Positions 9,933 through 19,101 of a DNA stretch of 30,899 bases are shown piece after piece. The DNA is from Chloroflexota bacterium (GTDB taxonomy: Bacteria; Chloroflexota; Dehalococcoidia; Lucifugimonadales; UBA3495). The stretch's first letter is position 1; the number at the start of each line of letters is the position of its first letter. The notes under the pieces are model-generated. The model was not told the DNA's origin and made no database searches. It saw only the letters and a list, made by a program, of their open reading frames with translations. The stretch spans positions 1 to 30,899 of the forward strand of contig JAQBVF010000034.1 in assembly GCA_027623675.1 (NCBI GenBank), written 5' to 3'. The position numbers and the translations under genes were made by a program.

Positions 9933-10681
9933 GCCGGGCCCAATTCCCCGACGTGCTGCTCGAACTGGGCGATCGACCGTTCTTCGGGCACGCCGATGTA
10001 GTACCGCAGGCCCTGCGTGTATTGGTGGATCTCTTGGGGGTGGACCGGAAGTGGCACGGACGGCCCTTTCACGCGGTAAAGCCCGTCGGCCCAGTCCTGT
10101 AGGCTGGTGTAGAGCGAGTCCTCGATGATCAGGGCGTCTTGGCGCGGAACGTCGGTCCTGATGACCCACCTGGCGAAGACGAAAGGCAGATTTGTCCACC
10201 TCAGCCATTCCTCGCCCAGATCGTAGACATGGGCGTACCCGCGCAACCCCCGGCGGTGCCGCAGCCCCAGGTTGCCAACCAACAGGCGGGCGTCGTGCTC
10301 ATCACTGTCTGAGACGTAGGCTGCCGGCTTCGATCCGTGCTTGATCGACAGCAACACCTGGAGCAGTTTGACGGCGGTGGGCGACTCCCAGGGGACGGCG
10401 ATTGTCTTGCCGGACAATTCCTCGATGGGCACTTTGGAGTGGAGCTTGACGCTGACCGCGGCCGCCACGGTGGCCAGGCAGAACCCAGACAGGGTCTGCA
10501 TGCTGGAGTCCAGATCAAACGTGTCCACCAGGGGAACGAGTCCGCCCTGCAAACGGCCTGCCGCGATCGCGGCCGCCATCTCGTTGGGTGGCAGCTCTTG
10601 GACTTCGATGCCGCGCTTCGGCATGTCGAAATACATGGGCTCGGAGCTTATGTAGGGGGTCCGGCCGACAATGATAGGCAC
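9929..10681 (-). CDS. MqnA/MqnD-family (chorismate dehydratase-like) protein, divergent
   Basis: VGR.PY...P N-terminus, SV.L.S..PI, S.T...LL.VLL, DA.LL.G, YDLGEEW...T.LPFVFA.W. GTG start is uncertain. Stop codon overlaps that of the convergent AKR gene. Confidence 0.8.
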   Translation of the reverse strand: MPIIVGRTPYISSEPMYFDMPKRGIEVQELPPNEMAAAIAAGRLQGGLVPLVDTFDLDSSMQTLSGFCLATVAAAVSVKLHSKVPIEELSGKTIAVPWESPTAVKLLQVLLSIKHGSKPAAYVSDSDEHDARLLVGNLGLRHRRGLRGYAHVYDLGEEWLRWTNLPFVFARWVIRTDVPRQDALIIEDSLYTSLQDWADGLYRVKGPSVPLPVHPQEIHQYTQGLRYYIGVPEERSIAQFEQHVGELGPA

Positions 10682-10714
10682 GTTTCAACACCAAAATTAA
10701 TGTCTTGGGAATAA

Positions 10715-10741
10715 ATAGGGCCTCGAATTTCGAGGCCCTAT
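10715..10741 (-). terminator. Intrinsic terminator after the NHL-repeat gene
   Basis: Perfect inverted repeat ATAGGGCCTCGAA-T-TTCGAGGCCCTAT followed on the minus strand by TTATT. Confidence 0.75.
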
Positions 10742-10788
10742 CATAGGGTACTAATCGGGCTAAACCAGCCCCAGCATGCGCGCCTGGT

Positions 10789-11817
10789 TTAGAGGCGCGG
10801 CCCGGCGAAGGTGGACGACTGAGTTTGGTAAACCTGGATGCGGTTCCTAGCGGACTCGGGAACGAAGATTCGTCCCTGGTCGTCCACAGTCACCCCTGTC
10901 GGGCCCCAGAAGTCCTTCTCACGTTCCAGACCCTGCGCCCGTCGACGCTCTTCCCACATCTCCGCGTTGGCGTCGAGCTTGTCCTTGGCCCACTTGGAGA
11001 TGCCGGCCTCGCCGGTTTTCAGGCCAACGAAGTTGCCATTTTCGTCAAAGATCTGGAGCCGGTCGTTCAGCCAGTCGGCAACATAGATAACGCCGTCCCG
11101 GTCCACGGCCACGCCGGTGGGGCGGTTGAACTGGCCCTCGCCGGAGCCGGACTCCCCGAACTTCATCAGGAAGGTTCCGTCGGGGCTGAATTTCTGGATG
11201 CGGTCGTTGCGCCAGTCGGCGATGAAGATATCACCGTGGCTGTCGATGGTGATGCCCCAGGGCATGTCGAACTGGCCGTCGCCGCTGCCGTATTCCCCGA
11301 ACTTCATCAAGAACTTGCCGTCCTTGTTGAATTTCTGGACGCGGTGATTGCCGCTGTCGACGATGTACAGGTTGTCGTCGGCGTCGAAGGCCATGCCGGA
11401 CGGGCGGTCCAGTTCACCGTCGCCGGTGCCCGACCTTTCTTCCCATTTGCCCAGGAAGTCGCCGTCCTTGGAGAACGAGGAGATGCGGTTCAGCCACTCG
11501 TCGGAAATGAACAGATTCTCATGGCTGTCCAGGGCGATGGAAGTGGGCCACACCAGCGACCCGTCGTCCATGTTGAACTCGTGGGGACCCTGGTAGTTGA
11601 CGCCCCGCGCGAAGGTGGTGATGTACTCTTCTTCGGTGGTGCAAACGGTGACCCGAACACCCTCCGGGCGGAACTCGGTGCCGCGGCAGAGGACGTACAT
11701 GATGTCGTCTTTCCCACGGGCGACGAATACGGGATAGTTGAAACCGGGGCCGAACTGTTCGCCGCGGCCGATGGTCTTGCTATATTGCACGTTGATGTGC
11801 GAAATCTCTGTCGTCAT
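10789..11817 (-). CDS. NHL-repeat six-bladed beta-propeller protein
   Basis: Repeated 'G.GdGqF..P.Gi.vD..g.iyvaDw.N.RiQ.F..dG.fl' units; no signal peptide; GAGG RBS. Confidence 0.92.
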   Translation of the reverse strand: MTTEISHINVQYSKTIGRGEQFGPGFNYPVFVARGKDDIMYVLCRGTEFRPEGVRVTVCTTEEEYITTFARGVNYQGPHEFNMDDGSLVWPTSIALDSHENLFISDEWLNRISSFSKDGDFLGKWEERSGTGDGELDRPSGMAFDADDNLYIVDSGNHRVQKFNKDGKFLMKFGEYGSGDGQFDMPWGITIDSHGDIFIADWRNDRIQKFSPDGTFLMKFGESGSGEGQFNRPTGVAVDRDGVIYVADWLNDRLQIFDENGNFVGLKTGEAGISKWAKDKLDANAEMWEERRRAQGLEREKDFWGPTGVTVDDQGRIFVPESARNRIQVYQTQSSTFAGPRL

Positions 11818-11884
11818 ATTTACCTCACAGAGTAAACTTAGAATGGATGAGCGCCGGTCTTAGTCAGCGGCCTGCTTTCCAGGC

Positions 11885-13018
11885 TTAGACGAAGGCCAAC
11901 TGCTCGAATTCGCCGTTCACGATGGGTTTGGCGTCCACCCCCATCCACTTTTCCAGGATGGTGGAGTACACGCTGCGGAAGTCGGTGCTGAACTGCAGGT
12001 CGCCCTCGTCCAACTTGTTCTCTTCCAGGGAAGGATATTCCCCGTAAAGGCCGCCCTTGACCTGGTCGCCGATGACGAAGCAGTGTCCGCCGGCGCCGTG
12101 GTCGGTGCCGGAACCGTTGTCCTTCACCCGGCGTCCGAATTCGGTGAAGACCAAGAGCATCACATTCTCGCCGGCGTTGTGCTCTTGCAGGTCGTCGTAG
12201 AAGTCGCCGATGGCGCGGCTGGTCTCGCTCCACAACCGGGTGTGAGCGGCCATCTGACCGGCGTGGGTGTCGAAGCTATTGAACGGGGCCGTGGTGTACA
12301 GCACCCTTGTACCGAACCCGGCCAGGTGTGTCTGCACGATGTTACGCATGTACTGGCTGACGGTGTCGGAACCGTACTCCACGCTGGAGGAATACATATC
12401 GGGGGCGGCGCTCAGGATGTCCGCTCCCTTCAACGCGTCCAGTCCGGTCTGGGCCAGATAGTCCATCACCGGGCCGGTGCCGATCATGGGGGAGTAGACC
12501 TTGGAGAAAACGTCCAGGGCCTTGAGCCGTTGGTCGACGTCGTCGATCCCGGTTAGCACGCCATAGGTCTCCAGGTTGCCCACCGATGCGACAGGCACTC
12601 CCGGCGTCACCAGGGCACGGGGCAAGCCCCGGCCAAAGTTCACGCCGGTTAAGACGTTTTCGCCCTGGGGGTCCAGGTCGCGGATGACGCGGCCCAACCA
12701 GCCTTCGTCCCCCACCTTGGTGGGTTCGCAGGTGTGCCAGATGTCCATCGACCGGAAATGGGAGCGGCTGCCAGTGGGGTAGCCGACGCCCTGAATCACG
12801 GCCAGGTTGCCTTCGTCGTAGAGTTTTTTCATGGGGCCCATGTTGGGGTTGAAGCCAACCTCGCCGTTCAGGTCCAGGACCTGGTCTTGGGGCACCACAA
12901 CGTTTTTCCGGTGGTCGTAGTATCTGGGGTTGCCGTGGGGGACGACCGTGTTCATGGCGTCATTCCCGCCGGCCAATTGAAGTACGACCAATACCGGGTC
13001 TTTCTTCGTTGATGTCAT
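11885..13018 (-). CDS. DUF1501 family protein
   Basis: LVVLQLAGGNDAMN.VVP, QGVGYP...RSHFRS, FDTH, TEFGRRV..N.SGTDHG, DFRSVY; GGAG RBS. Confidence 0.9.
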   Translation of the reverse strand: MTSTKKDPVLVVLQLAGGNDAMNTVVPHGNPRYYDHRKNVVVPQDQVLDLNGEVGFNPNMGPMKKLYDEGNLAVIQGVGYPTGSRSHFRSMDIWHTCEPTKVGDEGWLGRVIRDLDPQGENVLTGVNFGRGLPRALVTPGVPVASVGNLETYGVLTGIDDVDQRLKALDVFSKVYSPMIGTGPVMDYLAQTGLDALKGADILSAAPDMYSSSVEYGSDTVSQYMRNIVQTHLAGFGTRVLYTTAPFNSFDTHAGQMAAHTRLWSETSRAIGDFYDDLQEHNAGENVMLLVFTEFGRRVKDNGSGTDHGAGGHCFVIGDQVKGGLYGEYPSLEENKLDEGDLQFSTDFRSVYSTILEKWMGVDAKPIVNGEFEQLAFV

Positions 13019-13147
13019 CGCTTGATCTCCAACTAGATTCTCGGACTGACCGGCTAATCCCGTCGTTCATTTCCGAGGCCGCCCGGACGCCGGTCTCCAG
13101 GTCCAGGGCGGCGCAGGTTCGGAATGTTCGGTTAACTCAACGTCCGC

Positions 13148-14554
13148 CTAGGCGAACAGGTACTCGGTGGTGGCGACTATGGACTGGAGCATGGTGGCGA
13201 CCCTGAGGGGGAAGCCCTCCGAGTCGGTCCTGATCTCCCCTTCGGCCGCGGCCAGTTCCACCAATTGGGTCCGGGTCACATCGGAGATCTGATAAGCGCC
13301 CAGGTTCTCCAGGCAGCCATCAACCAACTGATCGGCGGTGAGGACCGGTCCCAGACTGCCAACCCGGTTGATGATGTTCTTGACGCCAGAGTGGTTGACG
13401 TTACCCACCTGGTCGGCGGTGAAGTTGATGCGTTCCACCAGCGTCCCGGAGTCGATCCACTCACGTCCGGTGTGCCAACCCTCGACCGTGGGGGGGTTGA
13501 GCAGGTCCTGGCCCATGAACCGGATGTTCATGGTCATCATGTCCAAGCCGGGCCTGGGGAACTTGAAGTCTCCCACCAGCTTGAGCGTGCCAACCACGGT
13601 CTCCGCCGGGCTCTTGACCTTAGCGAATTTGGCGGCTTTGAACCAGTCCGACTTGAACAGGACGTTCAACATAGAACTGATGTTGTAGTTGGAGCGGAAG
13701 TATTCGTCTTCCAGTTCCTTGATCGCGGCCGCGTCGTTGGGAGGGGTGTCCTTCCAGGCGGGCACCTGCGGCTCATCGGCAACGAAGAAGTTGTAGAGAT
13801 GGCGCGCCACGAACCGGGCGGTGGCCGGCTGCTTCACGATGATGTCGACGATGTCTTGGCCGTTGAAATTCCCGGTCTCGCCGAGGAACGTCTTCTCGCC
13901 GGTGTCGTGGTCGCGGGGGTCGAACATGAACTTGGCATCGTACTTGCCGTAGGGGTAGCGGGGGATGGAGTTGGTCACGGTCCAGCCGGTGAAGGCTCGG
14001 GCCGCCGCCTTGACGTCATCCTCGCTGTAGTTGAAATCGCCGTCCATTCCCACGCCCAGGGAGAACAGTTCCAGTAGCTCCCGGCCCCAGTTCTCGTTGA
14101 TGGCGCCGGCGTGGCTCATGCAGTTGTCCAGATAGAAGACCATGGCCGGGTCCTTGGCCAGGCCGTTGAGCAGTTCGTGGAAGCTGCCCATGCCAACGGT
14201 GCGGAACATATCCAATTCCAGCGCCTGCTGTTTGGGATACTCGCATTTGGCGTGGCCGGTAACCAGAACGCAATGCCAGAAGAGGGCAATCTTCTCTTGG
14301 AGCGGGCGCTTGGAGTTGATCATGCGGTAGGTCCACTCTTCCTGCTGGCCTTCCAATCCGGCCTGCGAGAGCCAGTCAACCTTATAACGCATCATGATGT
14401 CGCGCTCCATGGGAGGCTGCGACTCGGGGTCCAGCAACTCATCGACGGTTGCGTCGTACCCTTTGGCGGCACGAGCCTGCAGCTCTTCCAGCGGGGCGCC
14501 AAATCCGGCGCGGCGCATCAGGTGGGCGATTAACGAAATATCTTGATCAGACAA
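13148..14554 (-). CDS. DUF1800 family protein
   Basis: HLMRRAGFG, LQEKIALFWH, DPAM..YLDN, NENWGRELLELFSLG, AARAFTGW, PPTVEGW; TTG start after GGGAGG. Confidence 0.9.
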   Translation of the reverse strand: MSDQDISLIAHLMRRAGFGAPLEELQARAAKGYDATVDELLDPESQPPMERDIMMRYKVDWLSQAGLEGQQEEWTYRMINSKRPLQEKIALFWHCVLVTGHAKCEYPKQQALELDMFRTVGMGSFHELLNGLAKDPAMVFYLDNCMSHAGAINENWGRELLELFSLGVGMDGDFNYSEDDVKAAARAFTGWTVTNSIPRYPYGKYDAKFMFDPRDHDTGEKTFLGETGNFNGQDIVDIIVKQPATARFVARHLYNFFVADEPQVPAWKDTPPNDAAAIKELEDEYFRSNYNISSMLNVLFKSDWFKAAKFAKVKSPAETVVGTLKLVGDFKFPRPGLDMMTMNIRFMGQDLLNPPTVEGWHTGREWIDSGTLVERINFTADQVGNVNHSGVKNIINRVGSLGPVLTADQLVDGCLENLGAYQISDVTRTQLVELAAAEGEIRTDSEGFPLRVATMLQSIVATTEYLFA

Positions 14555-14715
14555 TTGAATCCTCCCTACTCAACAGTTTGGTGGGGTCTATCCTGGGCCG
14601 GGTCTCGGCGAAATCTTTCGATAACTCCGTAAATCTTAGCGGAATCCGCAGCCCGTTTCCGGATTCCGTGACAATCTGCCGGGTATGCCCTAAGACACAC
14701 CGGAACCTCTTGCGC

Positions 14716-14744
14716 ATCATATTCCCCGCCCAGGTAATCGTCAA
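14716..14744 (-). promoter_or_regulatory. Housekeeping sigma70-type promoter for the DUF1800-DUF1501-NHL operon
   Basis: Minus strand reads TTGACG-N17-TATGAT, about 160 nt upstream of the TTG start. Confidence 0.65.
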
Positions 14745-14811
14745 TACAAAGTGCGGGGCCGTATTATCGAAACATTAGGTAGTCTGCGCCAGGTGGGCGC
14801 CAGAAGCCGGT

Positions 14812-15402
14812 CTAGGCGACGGTGATCCCCAGTTCGGCTTGCATCACCTTGATGGTTTCGGCCCGTGAGCGCTGGGGCTTCCGCACCCGGCGGCCGATGG
14901 GCTCGTTCTCGATCTTGGGAATCATCTTCATGGCAACGAAGACGGGACCTTCCGCCTTCATGATGGTCTCAATGTTGTTTTGGAACTCTTCCAGGTTGTC
15001 GAACTGGAAGGTCGCGGCGTACCCGGCTTCCCTGGCCATGCCGGCGTAGTTGATCTCCGAGGCATTGGGCACGGGCTGTCCGCCGGTGGTGGCGTAACAT
15101 TCATTGTCCATGAGGAAGTGGAAGAAGTTCTTGGGCTTCTTGCCCGCGATGGTGCCCAGGATGCCCATGTTCATCTGAAGGGAGCCCTCAGAATCGAACA
15201 GCACAACTTTTTCGTTGGGTTGGGCGAGAGCGAAGCCCAGGGCGGCCGAATTGGTCTGGCCCATGGCGCCCTGCAGGGAAAGGTCGCGGCTCTCATTGTC
15301 GGAGATGTCTCTCCAGTCGCGGCCCGAGGTGCCGGTCACCAGGACTATGGCCTTGCCCCGGTGCGGTTTAAAGGCCCGGAACATATCTTCTGAGTCGAAC
15401 AT
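14812..15402 (-). CDS. ThDP-dependent decarboxylase beta subunit (sulfopyruvate/phosphonopyruvate decarboxylase ComE-like)
   Basis: GAMG....ALG.ALAQP, DSEGSLQMN...DNECYATTGGQP. Start moved to ATG 15402, which follows GGAG. Confidence 0.8.
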   Translation of the reverse strand: MFDSEDMFRAFKPHRGKAIVLVTGTSGRDWRDISDNESRDLSLQGAMGQTNSAALGFALAQPNEKVVLFDSEGSLQMNMGILGTIAGKKPKNFFHFLMDNECYATTGGQPVPNASEINYAGMAREAGYAATFQFDNLEEFQNNIETIMKAEGPVFVAMKMIPKIENEPIGRRVRKPQRSRAETIKVMQAELGITVA

Positions 15403-15472
15403 TCTATGTCTCCAAATGCGGTTGATTGTATGCGGGGTTGGCCGGAACTGGGTGGCTGGGTATGCAGCCAGC

Positions 15473-15994
15473 CTACATCCGGTTGAAACCGTGGTATTCG
15501 TCGCCGACCAAGACGGCAACGGGACGTTTTTGCGCCCTGGCTTCTTCGAATGCGACCGAGATGCGGGAGGCGTCGTCGTCGGTCTCTAACAGGTAGTAGT
15601 TGATCCCCATCGCGTGCAGGAAAGTTTCGGTGTATCGGGCGGCGGAGTCCGTGATCACGCCGTGGCGCGTCCAGCCCCGGTAGCCGATCAACATAACCAT
15701 CGGGAAACCCGAGTCGATGGCCATGCCGCGTATGGAATCACCCGACTCCATCATGCCGGTGTTCTGGATGACGCAAACGGGGACCTTCCCGCCGACGATC
15801 AGGCCGAGCGCGATGGCGAATGTCTCTCCCTCTCGTGACGAGGGTATGACGTCCAACCAGGGCTGGTCCTTCATCAGTTCATAGAGGTAGTTGGTCTCGC
15901 TGTCAGGTATGGTCACGATATGAGTTACGCCATTCTTCTTGAACTCTGCGACCAAAGACTCCGGTTTCAGTAGCGCTGCTTGTTGTTGGACCAT
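15473..15994 (-). CDS. ThDP-dependent decarboxylase alpha subunit (ComD-like pyrimidine-binding domain)
   Basis: GVTHIVTIPDS, REGE...IA.G...GGK.P...IQNTG, IGYRG; GGAGG RBS. Confidence 0.8.
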   Translation of the reverse strand: MVQQQAALLKPESLVAEFKKNGVTHIVTIPDSETNYLYELMKDQPWLDVIPSSREGETFAIALGLIVGGKVPVCVIQNTGMMESGDSIRGMAIDSGFPMVMLIGYRGWTRHGVITDSAARYTETFLHAMGINYYLLETDDDASRISVAFEEARAQKRPVAVLVGDEYHGFNRM

Positions 15995-16378
15995 GGGCTG
16001 TTCCTCCCTGGGTGTTTCTGGGTGTTTCTCGGATTTACTCGCGATTCTGCTCGTGGTAATGACCGTTGCTAAATAGGGCTCTCAGTCTCGTTGCGGCTTG
16101 AAAAAGCCACGATACACAGGACTTGCGAGTGGGTGGTTTGGGCGCCTCATTATATTAACCATTGCATGCGGCAGTCAATCTCGCGCTGTCCGGCTTGCGG
16201 CGGACATCTGGACAGGTAGCTGACATTGCGATAACTAACGCCGCTTATATTTGTGTATCATGGGTTGGCTGCTCTCCAGCCCGGCGCTCCGCTGGTGAGG
16301 CCTCACGCATAATTCTTGGATCTTCCGTCCGGCCGTGTTCCTTTCTATTGGGCTTTTACGGGCGGCAAGGCTGCCTAC

Positions 16379-17674
16379 ATGCTTCTTGCGTCCCGCTTGA
16401 GGGATTCGTTCCCCTTTTATTACGGCTGGATCGTCGTTGCCGCCTCCAGCACTGTAGTTTTCGCCCGGATGGCGCCGGCGATCACCACTCTCACCGTGCT
16501 GATCTTCCCCATATCCCAACAGTTGGGCTGGAGCCGGACGGTCATAGCGGGGTCAGTTAGCGCGGGCGCCATTGCCTCGTTGGCGCTGTCTCCGTTGGTT
16601 GGATGGGCCATCGACCGGTTCGGCGCCCGTCCGGTGTTGGTGGTCAGCGTCGTCGTGCTGGGTCTGGCCATGACCTCGCTGGCCTGGGCGACCGTACCCA
16701 TAACCTTCTACATCGCCTTCTCCGCGGCCAGGGTCGTCTTCCACACCTCGGCGCCCATCGGCTCAAGCACGGTCGCTTCCAGGTGGTTCATCAGGAAGAG
16801 AGGCCGTGCCATCGGGATGATCTTCGTCTTTGGGGCGGTGGGCGGGATACTTTTCACCATGTTGGCGTCGCTGATCGTGGAGAACTTCGGGCTAAAGGCC
16901 ACCTGGATCACCATCGGTGTCATAGTGCTCACGGTCTCGGTTGCGCCGTCTCTTTTCTTGGTGGCGGAGCGGCCCGAGGATATCGGACTCCGGCCGGACG
17001 GCCTGCCCGCTGATGATAAACCGGCGGGAATCGGCGCGGCGGCAGCCGCGCGCCATGCCTCACCGGTCGATACGGACTCTTGGGCGTTCGGCGACGCCAT
17101 CCGGACCAGAGCTTTCTGGCTGATGGTGACCTTGGGTTTTACCACTTTCTTTGTGCACACCAGCATCGGTGTCCACATGGGCGCCTACTTCCGCGACGTT
17201 GGCTTGGGGCCAACGGCCGCCGCACTGGCCGTGAGCCTGAGTTGGGTTGTGTCGGCCATCTCCAGCGTGACTTGGGGCTGGATCACCGACCGGATCGAGG
17301 GCCGGCACGCCTATTCGGTGATGTTTCTGGTCCAGGCGGGCAGTACCTTGTACCTGATATTCGTGGGCGGGACCGTTGGGGTATTTCTGGCATCGGCCCT
17401 ATTCGGTATCGTCTCCGCCGGTTCCAACGTGGTCCCGTCGGTGATGTACGCCAACTACTTTGGGCGGACATCACTGGGCAGGATCCGGGGCCTGGGCGAG
17501 GTCGGGGTGTTGCTGGGCCAGGCAACCGGTCCGGTCATCGCTGGGATATTGTTTGGATTTAATGGAAACTACACATTGATCTTTATCGTGTTCGTGATCA
17601 TGGCCCTGTGCTGCAGCCTGCTGGTGCTAAAAGCCACCAGACCGGTCAAGAAGCCTTCATTGGTGGCGGCGTAG
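16379..17674 (+). CDS. MFS transporter
   Basis: FYYGW, LGWSRT, motif A GWAIDRFGAR, RWF.RKRGRA.G, PEDIGL.PDG, about 12 hydrophobic segments. Start set by alignment with the downstream paralog. Confidence 0.9.
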   Translation: MLLASRLRDSFPFYYGWIVVAASSTVVFARMAPAITTLTVLIFPISQQLGWSRTVIAGSVSAGAIASLALSPLVGWAIDRFGARPVLVVSVVVLGLAMTSLAWATVPITFYIAFSAARVVFHTSAPIGSSTVASRWFIRKRGRAIGMIFVFGAVGGILFTMLASLIVENFGLKATWITIGVIVLTVSVAPSLFLVAERPEDIGLRPDGLPADDKPAGIGAAAAARHASPVDTDSWAFGDAIRTRAFWLMVTLGFTTFFVHTSIGVHMGAYFRDVGLGPTAAALAVSLSWVVSAISSVTWGWITDRIEGRHAYSVMFLVQAGSTLYLIFVGGTVGVFLASALFGIVSAGSNVVPSVMYANYFGRTSLGRIRGLGEVGVLLGQATGPVIAGILFGFNGNYTLIFIVFVIMALCCSLLVLKATRPVKKPSLVAA

Positions 17675-17724
17675 ATGCCCAGACGCTATATTCCCACCAG
17701 CGATCTGCTCGGGGAGATTGCGTT

Positions 17725-19071
17725 TTGCTGTTAGCCAGCCGGCTGAAAAACGTCTTTCCGTTTTATTATGGCTGGGTTGTGGTCGGCGCTTCTGGCACCA
17801 CCCTCTTCGCGCGGATGGCGCCGAACATCACCACCCTCACGCTCTTCATCTATCCCATGTCCCAGGAATTGGGCTGGAGCCGGACCCTGATCAGCGGCTC
17901 GGTCAGCGCCGGCGCTCTGGCGGCGTTGGTCTTATCCCCGGTCATCGGCTGGGCCATCGACAGGTACGGCGTGCGCCCGGTGCTGGTGATCAGCATGTTG
18001 GTGCTGGGACTTTCGATGACCTCATTGGCCTGGGCCACGGTCCCGTGGTCGTTCTACCTGGCCTTCGCCGCCGCCCGGGTGGTGTTCCACACGCCGGCGC
18101 CCATCGGGTCGAGCACGGTAGTGTCCCGGTGGTTCATCAAAAAGAGGGGCCGGGCCATCGGGATCATCTTCCTCTGTGGCGCGGTGGGCGGACTGGTCTT
18201 CACCATGCTGTCGGCCCTGATGATCGACCATTTCAGCATCAAAGCCGCCTGGCTCAGTCTGGGATTGGTGGTGTTCGCGGTGTCGGTCGCGCCGACTCTG
18301 TTCCTGGTCGCCGAACGCCCCGAGGACATCGGACTGCTTCCCGACAATGATGATCCTCCTCCCGATGCGCCCGTGGTGCAAAAAACGTCCCGGGAACAGA
18401 CTTCTGATGGTGATACCCGACCCGCGGCCGGCGTTGGTCAGGCGGCTAAGGGAGACGATTCGTGGACCTTGTCCGAGACCATGCGGACCAAGACATTCTG
18501 GATCTTGTTCTTCATGGGCATGGCCATGTTCTGCGTCAACACGGGCACCAACGTGCATATTGGCGCCTACTACCGCGACAAGGGACTGACCCTGACCCTG
18601 GCGGCGGTGGCCATCAGCTTCAGTTGGCTGGTATCGGCCTGCGGCAGCATCGTTTGGGGATGGTTCCTGGAGAAGATCCAGCCCCGCTACGCCTATTCGA
18701 CGGTGTTCGTGATTCTGGGCGTAAGCACTATCTACCTGCTGGCCGTGGACTCCGTCGGTGGAGCTTTCGTGGCGGCGGCGCTGATCGGTTCCGTTTCGGG
18801 GGGCTCCAACGTTATCACATCCATAATGTATGCTAATTACTTCGGGCGGAACTCGCTGGGCCGCATCAGGGGCATCAGCGAAACCGGAGTTCTGCTGGGG
18901 CAATCGACCGGACCGCTTCTGGCGGGGGTGCTCTTCGACTCCAGAGGCAGCTACACCTTCGTGTTCCTGCTCTTTGGCGGTATCGCACTGACCTGCAGCC
19001 TGATCGTGCTGGCAGCCAGGCCGCCGGTGCGGCCCCAGCGGGTGGAGTCGGGACGAGATGCAGCGGTCTAG
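17725..19071 (+). CDS. MFS transporter, tandem paralog of the upstream gene
   Basis: Same motifs (FYYGW, GWAIDRYGVR, RWFIKKRGRAIG, MYANYFGR.SLGRIRG). TTG at 17725 after GGAG gives MLLASRL, matching the paralog. Confidence 0.9.
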   Translation: MLLASRLKNVFPFYYGWVVVGASGTTLFARMAPNITTLTLFIYPMSQELGWSRTLISGSVSAGALAALVLSPVIGWAIDRYGVRPVLVISMLVLGLSMTSLAWATVPWSFYLAFAAARVVFHTPAPIGSSTVVSRWFIKKRGRAIGIIFLCGAVGGLVFTMLSALMIDHFSIKAAWLSLGLVVFAVSVAPTLFLVAERPEDIGLLPDNDDPPPDAPVVQKTSREQTSDGDTRPAAGVGQAAKGDDSWTLSETMRTKTFWILFFMGMAMFCVNTGTNVHIGAYYRDKGLTLTLAAVAISFSWLVSACGSIVWGWFLEKIQPRYAYSTVFVILGVSTIYLLAVDSVGGAFVAAALIGSVSGGSNVITSIMYANYFGRNSLGRIRGISETGVLLGQSTGPLLAGVLFDSRGSYTFVFLLFGGIALTCSLIVLAARPPVRPQRVESGRDAAV

Positions 19072-19101
19072 TAGGACCTGGAAACGGGAGGGCAACGCCA
19101 G

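Noticed and set aside
11050..11540. Periodic repeats in the NHL gene as a possible CRISPR-like array
   Set aside because: They are degenerate in-frame propeller blades; there are no identical repeats with unique spacers and no cas genes.
14812..15994. Assigning comD/comE symbols and coenzyme M biosynthesis
   Set aside because: The motifs diverge and comABC are absent from the window, so only a family-level call is supported.
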